Source of the DNA: Burkholderiales bacterium
GTDB lineage: Bacteria; Pseudomonadota; Gammaproteobacteria; Burkholderiales; Ga0077523
Assembly (NCBI GenBank): GCA_038324085.1
Contig: JBBQHP010000004.1
Coordinates: 69,231 to 133,230, forward strand
Length of the DNA: 64,000 nt
Direction: 5' to 3'
The translations under genes were made by a program, and so were the position numbers. This document shows positions 56,620-64,000 of the stretch, piece by piece. The notes beneath the pieces are model-generated. The model worked only from the letters and a program-made list of their open reading frames with translations. It did not search any database and was not told where the DNA came from. Position 1 is the stretch's first letter. Every line of letters begins with the position of its first letter.

Positions 56620-57561
56620 TCAAGTCACGGCACGGGCGGGTGTCTCCCGTCGTGCCTTCGCCACCAGTTTCGCCAGTGCGCACGAAACCAGTCGCGCTGC
56701 AAGGCTATCGGAGCGGCTGGTCAGGATCACCGGCACCCGTGCGCCCATGACGATCCCGGCGATTTCCGCTGCCGCGAGGAACGAAAGGCTTTTCGCGAGC
56801 ATGTTGCCGGCCTCGAGATCGGGTACGACCAGGATGTTCGCGCGCCCGGCCACCGGTGAATCGATGTTCTTCGTGCGAGCGGCGCGGAGATTGATTGCAT
56901 TGTCGAGCGCCAGCGGACCGTCGAGTGTGGCCCCGGTGATCTGCCCTCGATCAGCCATCTTGCACAGCGCGGCCGCATCGATCGTGGAAGGCACGTTCGG
57001 GTTCACCATCTCCAGCGCCGACAGGATGGCCACGCGTACTTCCGAGAATCCCAGCGCATGCCCGAGGTCGATGGCGTTCTGCACGATGTCGACCTTGTCC
57101 CGGAGGCTCGGCAGGATGTTCACCGCGGCGTCGGTGATCACCAGCAGTTCGGGATGCGTCGGGACGTCGATGACGAAGCAGTGACTGACCCGCCGCGCCG
57201 TGCGCAGGCCGGTCTCGCGGGCCACGATCTCGGTCATCAGTTCGTCGGTATGCAGGCTGCCCTTCATGAGGCACTCCACCTGCCCTTCCCGCACCAGGCC
57301 GACCGCCCTCGCGGCCGAGGCGTGACTGTGCGGCGTTGCGACGATCGGCAGGCCCGCCAGATCGATCCCGGCCGCCGTTGCCACGGCGCGCATGCGATCC
57401 GGGGGACCCACCAGTATCGGCGCCAGCAATCCGAGCCGCGCGCCGTCGACGGCGGCCCGGAGTGAGCTTTCATCGCATGGGTGGGCGACGGCCGTGGGCA
57501 ACGGCGGCAGCGCGCTGGCCCGCTCCAGCAGTCGCTCAAGCCTGGGGCAGTTGGAGAACAT
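56620..57561 (-). CDS. pta: Phosphate acetyl/butyryl-transferase (short, single-domain form)
   Basis: The track ORF was trimmed to the ATG at 57561, giving 313 aa. This is a PTA_PTB-like sequence (LMKGSLHTDELM, DAAVNI, ANILVVPDLEAGNMLAK) and sits directly upstream of ackA. Acetyl versus butyryl specificity cannot be decided. Confidence 0.82.
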   Translation of the reverse strand: MFSNCPRLERLLERASALPPLPTAVAHPCDESSLRAAVDGARLGLLAPILVGPPDRMRAVATAAGIDLAGLPIVATPHSHASAARAVGLVREGQVECLMKGSLHTDELMTEIVARETGLRTARRVSHCFVIDVPTHPELLVITDAAVNILPSLRDKVDIVQNAIDLGHALGFSEVRVAILSALEMVNPNVPSTIDAAALCKMADRGQITGATLDGPLALDNAINLRAARTKNIDSPVAGRANILVVPDLEAGNMLAKSLSFLAAAEIAGIVMGARVPVILTSRSDSLAARLVSCALAKLVAKARRETPARAVT

Positions 57562-57696
57562 GGATCTCGCGCGTGCGATGGAGACGATCGGGCATGGGAG
57601 GAAACGAACACCGGCGACGGCCGGACGGCGCTGCAACCGGGGCGCTATCGGATGGCATACTCTCGGCGCAGATGCGCAACCCACGGGAGGCGGACG

Positions 57697-57951
57697 ATGG
57701 ACGAAGAGCGCAGCATGGTGATCCACTTCATGGACAGCACGAAACTGAAACTGTCATTTCCGAAGCAGGTCCGCAGCGACGAAACGGTCCCGGTGCGACT
57801 CGATCATGCGCTCGACAAGCCGGCCTTGATGGTCGAAGTCGACGGCAGCCTGATGGCGATTCCGTTCGCCAACGTCAAGTACATCCGCATCTACCCCGCC
57901 GCCAACGTGCTGCCGGACTACGTGATCAAGGGCGCTCATATCGAGGATTGA
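57697..57951 (+). CDS. Hypothetical small protein (84 aa)
   Basis: The ATG at 57697 lies 6 nt after GGGAGG. The sequence is MDEERSMVIHFMDSTKLKLSFPKQ...YIRIYPAANVLPDYVIKGAHIED. Codon usage is GC3-rich. I do not recognise the family. Confidence 0.55.
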   Translation: MDEERSMVIHFMDSTKLKLSFPKQVRSDETVPVRLDHALDKPALMVEVDGSLMAIPFANVKYIRIYPAANVLPDYVIKGAHIED

Positions 57952-57954
57952 AGA

Positions 57955-58239
57955 TCACGCCTTGAGTTCGATCTCCACGAAGGCATACTCGAAATCGTTG
58001 GCGTTGATCACGTCGTGTTCCACGCCGGCGAGGCGCGTGTACGACACGCCGGCTTTCAACTCGACCTCGCGCGTTCCTGTCGGTTCGACCAGGCGCAGCT
58101 TGCCGTCCAGCATCGGCACCACGACATAGTCCATCTCGTGCCGGTGCCAGCCGGTGGCCGCACCCGGCGCGAACCGCCATTCGGTCACGCGCACGCGGTC
58201 GTTGTCGATCTGCTGGGTGGGGCGGGCGGGTTGCGGCAT
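57955..58239 (-). CDS. Small single-domain cupin protein
   Basis: This 94-aa protein has a cupin-like His-containing motif (GWHRHEMDYVVVP...H) and a beta-rich sequence. Confidence 0.75.
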   Translation of the reverse strand: MPQPARPTQQIDNDRVRVTEWRFAPGAATGWHRHEMDYVVVPMLDGKLRLVEPTGTREVELKAGVSYTRLAGVEHDVINANDFEYAFVEIELKA

Positions 58240-58293
58240 GAAGTGCTCCGTGTGAAAGCGATGTTGGAGGTACCCGAGGCTGCGCTCGCCGGA

Positions 58294-59124
58294 TCAGGCC
58301 TGGATCTCGAAGTAGAGCAGCGAATGGTCCGAGTATCTGGCGATCCAGTCGTCCTTCTCCGCATCCGTGGGCTGGTCGACCCAGCCGCGCACCGCCACGT
58401 TGGCTTCGGTGCCATCGGATCGCTTGAACACGCGAAAGTCGAGATTGGAGGACGCGAAGACGTGATCGATGTTTGCCGGGGGATACGAAGACTTGCTGCC
58501 GTTGAACCAGCTCGCATCCTGTGTCTTGACGAGGTGGCGCATGCCGACCTTCGTCCGGCCGGCGTATTTGTCCCACTTCTTGAGTTCGATGGCCGATGCG
58601 ATGGACTTCTGGTACGGATAGATCATGCCCATCGTGTTCAGGTCCCCGAGGAACACATAGTGCGCCTTGCCGTCCCCGCCTGCGGACTTGTCGAGCGTGC
58701 GTCGAAAATCAAACGCGCGCTTCAGCATGTCATCGCGCAAACCCATGCCGCGGGGATCGGTGCCGCTCGCCAGGTGCAGGAACAGCAAAGCGTAGTTCGC
58801 ACCACCCTTGGTGATGGTGACCAGCTGTCCCGGGCGCATGTGCGTCGTGCCCGACCGGAATTCGACCTTCTGCGTGATGAAGGCGGTCAGGTTCTTGCGC
58901 ACGCCCACCAGGATCTCCTGGGTTTCGGTGCCCTCGGTGATCTGGAAGGTGTAACCCGGCATCTTGCTGACGAGCGCGTTGAACACGGTCGCGCCCTCGA
59001 CTTCGTAGAGCCCGAACACGTCCGGATTCTGTGCATCGAGAAAATCGATGACCCGTCCGACGCGCGACGGATCGTCCTTGAAGTGCTCCACGTTCCAGGA
59101 CGCCACGGAGAAAAGCTTGGCCAT
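58294..59124 (-). CDS. Endonuclease/exonuclease/phosphatase (EEP) family protein
   Basis: It has an N-terminal SWNVEHF motif, GLYEV, a central FLGDLN and a C-terminal SDHSLLYFEI, which are the classic EEP catalytic motifs. The ATG at 59124 has GAGGG upstream. No signal peptide is evident. Confidence 0.8.
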   Translation of the reverse strand: MAKLFSVASWNVEHFKDDPSRVGRVIDFLDAQNPDVFGLYEVEGATVFNALVSKMPGYTFQITEGTETQEILVGVRKNLTAFITQKVEFRSGTTHMRPGQLVTITKGGANYALLFLHLASGTDPRGMGLRDDMLKRAFDFRRTLDKSAGGDGKAHYVFLGDLNTMGMIYPYQKSIASAIELKKWDKYAGRTKVGMRHLVKTQDASWFNGSKSSYPPANIDHVFASSNLDFRVFKRSDGTEANVAVRGWVDQPTDAEKDDWIARYSDHSLLYFEIQA

Positions 59125-59323
59125 TCGATTGCCCTCGGAGGACGGTCGAGGAGGCGAACGCTACACCGCCGACCAGCGTCCGACAATCGGGATCAGGGAG
59201 GGACGATGGGCGGCCCGGCGAACATCGGTTCGATCCGGGCTGGGCCGCATTCCCCGGCAGGCCGGCAAGCCGCCCGAGAATCCGATTGCCAGGTTCCGGG
59301 CCGCGCCGGACCCGGCTTCGTGA

Positions 59324-61141
59324 CTACTCCACCGTCACCGACTTCGCCAGGTTCCGCGGCTTGTCCACGTCGGTGCCGCGGGCCAGCGCCGTGTGGTACG
59401 CCAGCAGTTGCAGCGGGATGACGTGCAGGATCGGCGACAGGTCGCCGTAGTGTTCCGGCAAGCGGATGACGTGCACGCCTTCACTGGCGCTGATGTGGGT
59501 ATCGTCGTCGGCGCAGACGTAGAGTTGGCCGCCGCGGGCGCGCACTTCCATCATGTTGCTCTTGAGCTTTTCGAGCAGCGTATCGTTCGGCGCGACCGTG
59601 ATCACCGGCATGGCCTCGGTCACGAGCGCCAGCGGGCCGTGCTTGAGTTCCCCGGCGGGATAGGCTTCGGCGTGGATGTAGCTGATCTCCTTCAGCTTGA
59701 GTGCGCCTTCAAGCGCGATCGGATAGTGCAGGCCGCGACCGAGGAACAGCGCATCTTCCTTGCGCGCGAAACTCTCGCTCCAGGCGATGATATGGGGCTC
59801 CAGGGCCAGCACGCGCTGGACCGCGGCCGGCAGATGACGCAGGCCCTTCACGGCGGCAGCTTCGCCGGCCGGTGACAGCACGCGGCGCGTCTTCGCCAGC
59901 GCGTTCGCCAGCAGATAGAGTGCCACCAATTGCGTCGTGAACGCCTTGGTCGAGGCGACGCCGATCTCGGCGCCGGCACGGGTGAGGAACTGCAGTTCCG
60001 TCTCGCGCACCATGGCGCTGGTGGCGACGTTGCACACGGCGAGCGTGTGGTTCATTCCAAGCGACTTGGCGTGCTTGAGCGCCGCCAGGGTGTCGGCGGT
60101 CTCGCCGGATTGCGAGATCACGACCACCAGCGTCGCCATGTGCGGCACGGATTCGCGGTACCGGTACTCGCTGGCGATCTCCACGTTCACCGGCACCTTC
60201 GCGATCGACTCGATCCAGTAACGCGCCACGCAACCGGCGTAGTAGCTCGTGCCGCACGCCAGGATCAGCACGCGGTCGATGCCCGCGAAAATGCCCGCCG
60301 CAGTGTCTCCGAACAGCACCGCATCGATGCCACCGACCTGCTCGAGCGTATCGGCAATGGCGCGGGGCTGCTCGAAGATCTCCTTCTGCATGTAGTGCCG
60401 GTACGGCCCGAGCTCGACCGCGTTGGAGTGCGCCTGGACAGTCTTGACCGCGCGTTCGACCGGCCGACCCTGAATGTCGAAGATCGCGATCCGGTCGGCG
60501 CGCAGGTCGATCACGTCACCTTCTTCGAGGTAGACGATCTGGTCGGTAGTTCCGGCGAGCGCCATCGCGTCGCTCGCGAGGAAATTCTCGCCCTTGCCGA
60601 TGCCGGCGATGAGGGGCGAGCCGAGGCGCGCTCCGATCACCCGACCCGGTTCGGACTTGGACACCACGCCGATCGCGTAGGCGCCCTTGAATCGCGCGAC
60701 GGCCTTCTTGACCGCCTCCAGCAGATCGCCCTGATACAGATGATGGACCAGATGCCCGATGACTTCCGTGTCGGTTGCGCTTTCGAACACATAGCCCACC
60801 TTCTTCAGGTCGGTGCGGATCTCTTCGTAGTTCTCGATGATGCCGTTGTGAACGACTGCGATCTCGCCGCGAGAGAAGTGCGGGTGCGCGTTCGACGTGA
60901 TCGGCGCACCGTGCGTGGCCCAGCGCGTGTGCGAAATCCCGGTGGTCGACTCGATGTGATCCTGGATGATCTGCGTGGACAGGTCCGCGACGCGTTGCAC
61001 GCTGCGCGCGCGTCGCAGTTCACCTTTCGACAGGAAAGCGACGCCACACGAGTCGTAGCCGCGATACTCGAGCCGCTTCAAGCCTTCCACGAGCACCGGG
61101 ACGATGTTGCGCGCCGATACGGCGCCGACGATTCCGCACAT
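59324..61141 (-). CDS. glmS: Glutamine--fructose-6-phosphate aminotransferase
   Basis: It has the MCGIVG Ntn cysteine start, two SIS domains and the C-terminal LAKSVTVE. It is 605 aa. Confidence 0.96.
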   Translation of the reverse strand: MCGIVGAVSARNIVPVLVEGLKRLEYRGYDSCGVAFLSKGELRRARSVQRVADLSTQIIQDHIESTTGISHTRWATHGAPITSNAHPHFSRGEIAVVHNGIIENYEEIRTDLKKVGYVFESATDTEVIGHLVHHLYQGDLLEAVKKAVARFKGAYAIGVVSKSEPGRVIGARLGSPLIAGIGKGENFLASDAMALAGTTDQIVYLEEGDVIDLRADRIAIFDIQGRPVERAVKTVQAHSNAVELGPYRHYMQKEIFEQPRAIADTLEQVGGIDAVLFGDTAAGIFAGIDRVLILACGTSYYAGCVARYWIESIAKVPVNVEIASEYRYRESVPHMATLVVVISQSGETADTLAALKHAKSLGMNHTLAVCNVATSAMVRETELQFLTRAGAEIGVASTKAFTTQLVALYLLANALAKTRRVLSPAGEAAAVKGLRHLPAAVQRVLALEPHIIAWSESFARKEDALFLGRGLHYPIALEGALKLKEISYIHAEAYPAGELKHGPLALVTEAMPVITVAPNDTLLEKLKSNMMEVRARGGQLYVCADDDTHISASEGVHVIRLPEHYGDLSPILHVIPLQLLAYHTALARGTDVDKPRNLAKSVTVE

Positions 61142-61185
61142 GTTCTTGGGGCTCCAGTCTGGGAGAGAGAATGACGGCGGGAGCG

Positions 61186-62547
61186 CTACTTCTGCCTGGC
61201 GGGGCGCTTCCAGCCGGGAATCGAGACCTGCCTCGCCCGGGAGACCGTGAGCTGGTCGGCCGGAGCGTCCCGGGTCAGCGTCGTGCCCGCACCGAGTGTA
61301 GCGCCCCTGCCGACGCGCACCGGCGCGACGAGCTGGGTATCGGAGCCGATGAAGGCATCGTCTTCGATGATGGTCTTGTGCTTGTTGACCCCGTCGTAGT
61401 TGCAGGTGATCGTGCCGGCGCCGATGTTCACGCGCCGGCCGATCTCGCTGTCGCCCAGGTACGCGAGGTGGTTTGCCTTCGCGCCCTCCGCGAGCGTGCT
61501 CGCCTTGATCTCGACGAAGTTGCCCACGTGCACATCGTTGGCAAGTCTGGCGCCGGGACGCAGTCGCGCATAGGGGCCGATGCGTCCGTTCGAGCCCACG
61601 TGCGCGCCCTCGAGGTGCGAGAACGCGGCGATCCGCGTGCCGGCTTCGATCGTACAGTCCTTGATCACGCAGTTCGGCCCGACCATCACGTCGTCGGCGA
61701 TGTCGACCCTGCCTTCGAACACGCAGCCCACGTCGATCGTGACGTCGGTGCCGCAGGTGAGCGCACCGCGCACGTCGATGCGTTCCGGGTCAGCCAATGT
61801 GACACCGGCGGCCATGAGGCGCCGCGCGTTCTCGCGCTGCCAGACGCGCTCGAGGTAGGCGAGCTGGTCCCGGCTGTTCACGCCAAGCACTTCCCATTCG
61901 TTCGCCGGCTGCGCCGTATGCACGCGCACGCCTTCGGCCACGGCCATCGCAATGACGTCGGTAAGGTAGTACTCCTGCTGCGCATTCCGGTTGCCGAGCC
62001 GCGCAAGCCAGCCGGCGAGCCTAGCACTCGGCGCGGCGATGATGCCGGTGTTGACCTCGCCGATCGCACGGACCGCCGCGTCGGCGTCCTTTTGCTCGAC
62101 GATGCGCAGGACATTGCCGGCTGCGTCGCGGACGATCCTGCCGTATCCGGTCGGGTCGGCCAGTTGCACGGTCAGCACGCTCAACTCGGCCGCACCGTCC
62201 AGCACGCGTCGCAGCGTGGAAGCCTGGATCAGCGGCACGTCGCCGTACAGCACGAGCGTGATGCCGTCATGGTCGAGCTGCGGAACGGCCTGCTGCACGG
62301 CGTGTCCCGTGCCGAGTTGCGGCGCCTGCAGCACAAAAACGGCACCGGAGCCCTGGAACGCGTGCGGCACCGCTTCGCCGCCATGACCATAGACGACAAC
62401 GACCTTCGCGGGATCGAGCGCTTCGGCGGCGGCGATCGCGTGGCCGAGCAGGGAGCGGCCGGCCAGCGGATGCAGAACCTTGGGCAGTGCGCTCTTCATG
62501 CGTGTGCCCTTGCCGGCAGCGAGGATGACGATCTGGAGGGCAGGCAT
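61186..62547 (-). CDS. glmU: Bifunctional GlcNAc-1-P uridyltransferase / GlcN-1-P acetyltransferase
   Basis: The ORF was trimmed to the ATG at 62547. It begins [19 protein letters not shown] and has C-terminal left-handed beta-helix hexapeptide repeats. It lies upstream of glmS. Confidence 0.94.
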   Translation of the reverse strand: MPALQIVILAAGKGTRMKSALPKVLHPLAGRSLLGHAIAAAEALDPAKVVVVYGHGGEAVPHAFQGSGAVFVLQAPQLGTGHAVQQAVPQLDHDGITLVLYGDVPLIQASTLRRVLDGAAELSVLTVQLADPTGYGRIVRDAAGNVLRIVEQKDADAAVRAIGEVNTGIIAAPSARLAGWLARLGNRNAQQEYYLTDVIAMAVAEGVRVHTAQPANEWEVLGVNSRDQLAYLERVWQRENARRLMAAGVTLADPERIDVRGALTCGTDVTIDVGCVFEGRVDIADDVMVGPNCVIKDCTIEAGTRIAAFSHLEGAHVGSNGRIGPYARLRPGARLANDVHVGNFVEIKASTLAEGAKANHLAYLGDSEIGRRVNIGAGTITCNYDGVNKHKTIIEDDAFIGSDTQLVAPVRVGRGATLGAGTTLTRDAPADQLTVSRARQVSIPGWKRPARQK

Positions 62548-63027
62548 GGCGACGCGGTATCGGGGGGTCGGCAAAAAGGGCGGCGATTATTGCACGCAGG
62601 TCGAAGCCGGGAGCGAAAGTCGTGCCGGGCGCCATTGCGCGTCGCGAGCCCGCGCCTGATCGCTCGACCGGCGCAAGGGGCGAGCAAACCCGGGTTGCCG
62701 GTCTGCCTCCGACCGCGCCACCCGGCCCGGCTCGCCGGGACGAGACTTGGCGGGGAACGCCTGCCAGCGCGGGAACGTCGATTGCCGGGATTGAGCAGTC
62801 ACAGCTTGAATCCCTTTCGCCGACTGGATTGACGCCATGCAGTCCCGGATTTGCTTGCACCAGACCAGCATCTTCAGCAGTTCGTTTCGACGCCGCGATC
62901 GATCGGGTCCGGGAGCGCTTTCGCGTAGAGTGGCGTCAATGCACCCAGATCCGGCGAAACCCGGCGCAAGCGCCGAGAGCGTCTGTGTTCCACCTGCGAT
63001 CGGGGGCCCGCTCCGGGCCTGGTCGCG

Positions 63028-64000
63028 ATGATCGACCTTGCCGCGGTCGCCGTGGGGGGGGCGGTCTGCCTTGGCGCAATGTGGGTCTGCCGACCCCGCG
63101 CAATCCGGTTTTACCGCGCAGTGCTGGCGCATCGGCGACCCCTGGCGACTACGCAGACGGATCTGCGACGCGAGGAGGTAATGCTGCGATTCGCCCGGCA
63201 TGGAGAATGGGAATGGCAGGCGGCCAGCGGAACGCTGCTGCTCAGTGCAAAAGGCCGGCAGCTCTTCGGCCTGCCGGCAGACACGCCCCTGACCCACGAA
63301 ACCATCCGCGAGCGCATCCATCCGGAAGACCGGGCACGGCACTGGGCCGCCGTGAAACGCGGGTTGAGAACCGGCGTATTTTCGAGCGAGCACCGGATCT
63401 GCCTGCCGGACGGCCACATCCGCTGGCTCGAATCCCGCGGCGAACTGCTGAACGAAGCCGGAAGCAACGAGCGCCGCATGCTCGGAGTGGTCTACGACAT
63501 CACCGCGCGCAAGGACCGCGATCACGCGCTCGCACGGAGCCAGGAGCGGATGCGCCTGGTCCTGTCGACCACTGCCGCCATCGCCTGGAGCACCGATGCC
63601 GACGGCGCATTCGTCGCCCCGCAGGAGTCCTGGGAAGCCTATACCGGACAACCCTGGACCGGGCATGCACAGTGGGGCTGGATCGAAGCGCTGCATCCGG
63701 ATGACCGCCGGCGGTTCGAGCATCAGTGGCGGCACGCCGTGCAGCGTGGCGTTTCGTTCGCAGCGGAAGGCCGGATCTGGCACGCCGCGAGTGCTGCTTA
63801 CCGTCACTTCGAGGCCCGTGCGGCGCCGATGACGAAGGGGCGGGGCCGGGTCCGCGAATGGATCGGGACGTTCAGCGACGTGCACGATAGAGTCGTCGCG
63901 ATGGCGCGTCTCCACGAAAGTCAGGCCCGTCTGCGCCGTCTCGCCGACGCGAACATCGTGGGGGTCATTCAGTGGAATCTCGCGAGCTCCCTCATCATCG
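63028..64000 (+). CDS. Membrane-anchored sensor protein with tandem PAS domains (5' part only; runs off the window)
   Basis: This ORF is absent from the supplied track because no stop is reached. Frame 1 is open from the TAG at 62926 to the window end. The first ATG at 63028 gives a hydrophobic N-terminus (MIDLAAVAVGGAVCLGAMWVC). Two PAS-like modules follow (GEWEWQAASGTLLLSAKGRQLFGL...HPEDR...EHRICLPDGHIRWLESRG...GVVYDITARK, and AWSTDADGAF...LHPDDRRRFEHQW...). The start codon is uncertain (alternatives at 63079 and 63181). Confidence 0.75.
   Translation, partial: MIDLAAVAVGGAVCLGAMWVCRPRAIRFYRAVLAHRRPLATTQTDLRREEVMLRFARHGEWEWQAASGTLLLSAKGRQLFGLPADTPLTHETIRERIHPEDRARHWAAVKRGLRTGVFSSEHRICLPDGHIRWLESRGELLNEAGSNERRMLGVVYDITARKDRDHALARSQERMRLVLSTTAAIAWSTDADGAFVAPQESWEAYTGQPWTGHAQWGWIEALHPDDRRRFEHQWRHAVQRGVSFAAEGRIWHAASAAYRHFEARAAPMTKGRGRVREWIGTFSDVHDRVVAMARLHESQARLRRLADANIVGVIQWNLASSLII

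Noticed and set aside
58294-59124. The EEP gene region as a horizontally acquired island, on the impression of lower GC.
   Set aside because: Reading the codons shows GC-ending codons are preferred, as in the neighbours. The lower GC seems to stem from the amino-acid composition (Lys, Phe, Asn, Asp). No flanking repeats, tRNA or integrase are present. I kept the region only as a modest functional curiosity.

Overview
This window is GC-rich proteobacterial chromosomal backbone. The synteny looks beta- or gammaproteobacterial, and I cannot be more precise without a database search. It is densely packed with about 58 protein-coding genes, almost all recognisable housekeeping functions.

Gene content, in order along the window:
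- livHMGF branched-chain amino-acid ABC transporter.
- A minus-strand string dusB-fis-purH-purD-hemF followed by an unknown 146-aa gene.
- ubiH and pepP.
- amgK-murU (peptidoglycan recycling), divergent from lptD-surA-pdxA-rsmA.
- rubredoxin-gloA.
- thiD-thiE-hemL.
- Cytochrome c4, divergent from engB and hemB.
- mrcA plus two small genes, divergent from the type IV pilus cluster pilMNOPQ, which runs on into aroK-aroB-dgt-gltB-gltD and then hemE.
- priA, then argS, a SPOR-domain protein and dsbA.
- An SDR oxidoreductase.
- HAD hydrolase, TPR protein and a ParA-like ATPase.
- gabT.
- pta-ackA and a META-domain protein.
- A small ORF, a cupin and an EEP-fold nuclease/phosphatase.
- glmU-glmS.
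- A truncated membrane PAS sensor at the right edge.

I see no rRNA, tRNA, CRISPR array, transposase, integrase or phage genes. Many ORFs in the supplied track carry spurious N-terminal extensions, or are long antisense shadow ORFs typical of GC-rich DNA. I trimmed or rejected these after reading the start codons in the sequence.

Gene starts and stops very often overlap by 1-4 nt, which suggests translational coupling.

I do not find convincing evidence of a clearly novel multi-gene system. The best leads, all modest, are:
- an orphan ParA-like ATPase with a secreted TPR protein and a HAD hydrolase;
- an unknown 207-aa protein plus a PilZN-PilZ c-di-GMP receptor behind mrcA, next to the pilus genes;
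- an EEP-fold nuclease/phosphatase with a cupin and a convergent 84-aa ORF downstream of glmS;
- a 146-aa coiled-coil protein at the end of the purD-hemF string;
- two unusually long non-coding gaps (44525-44867 and 62548-63027).
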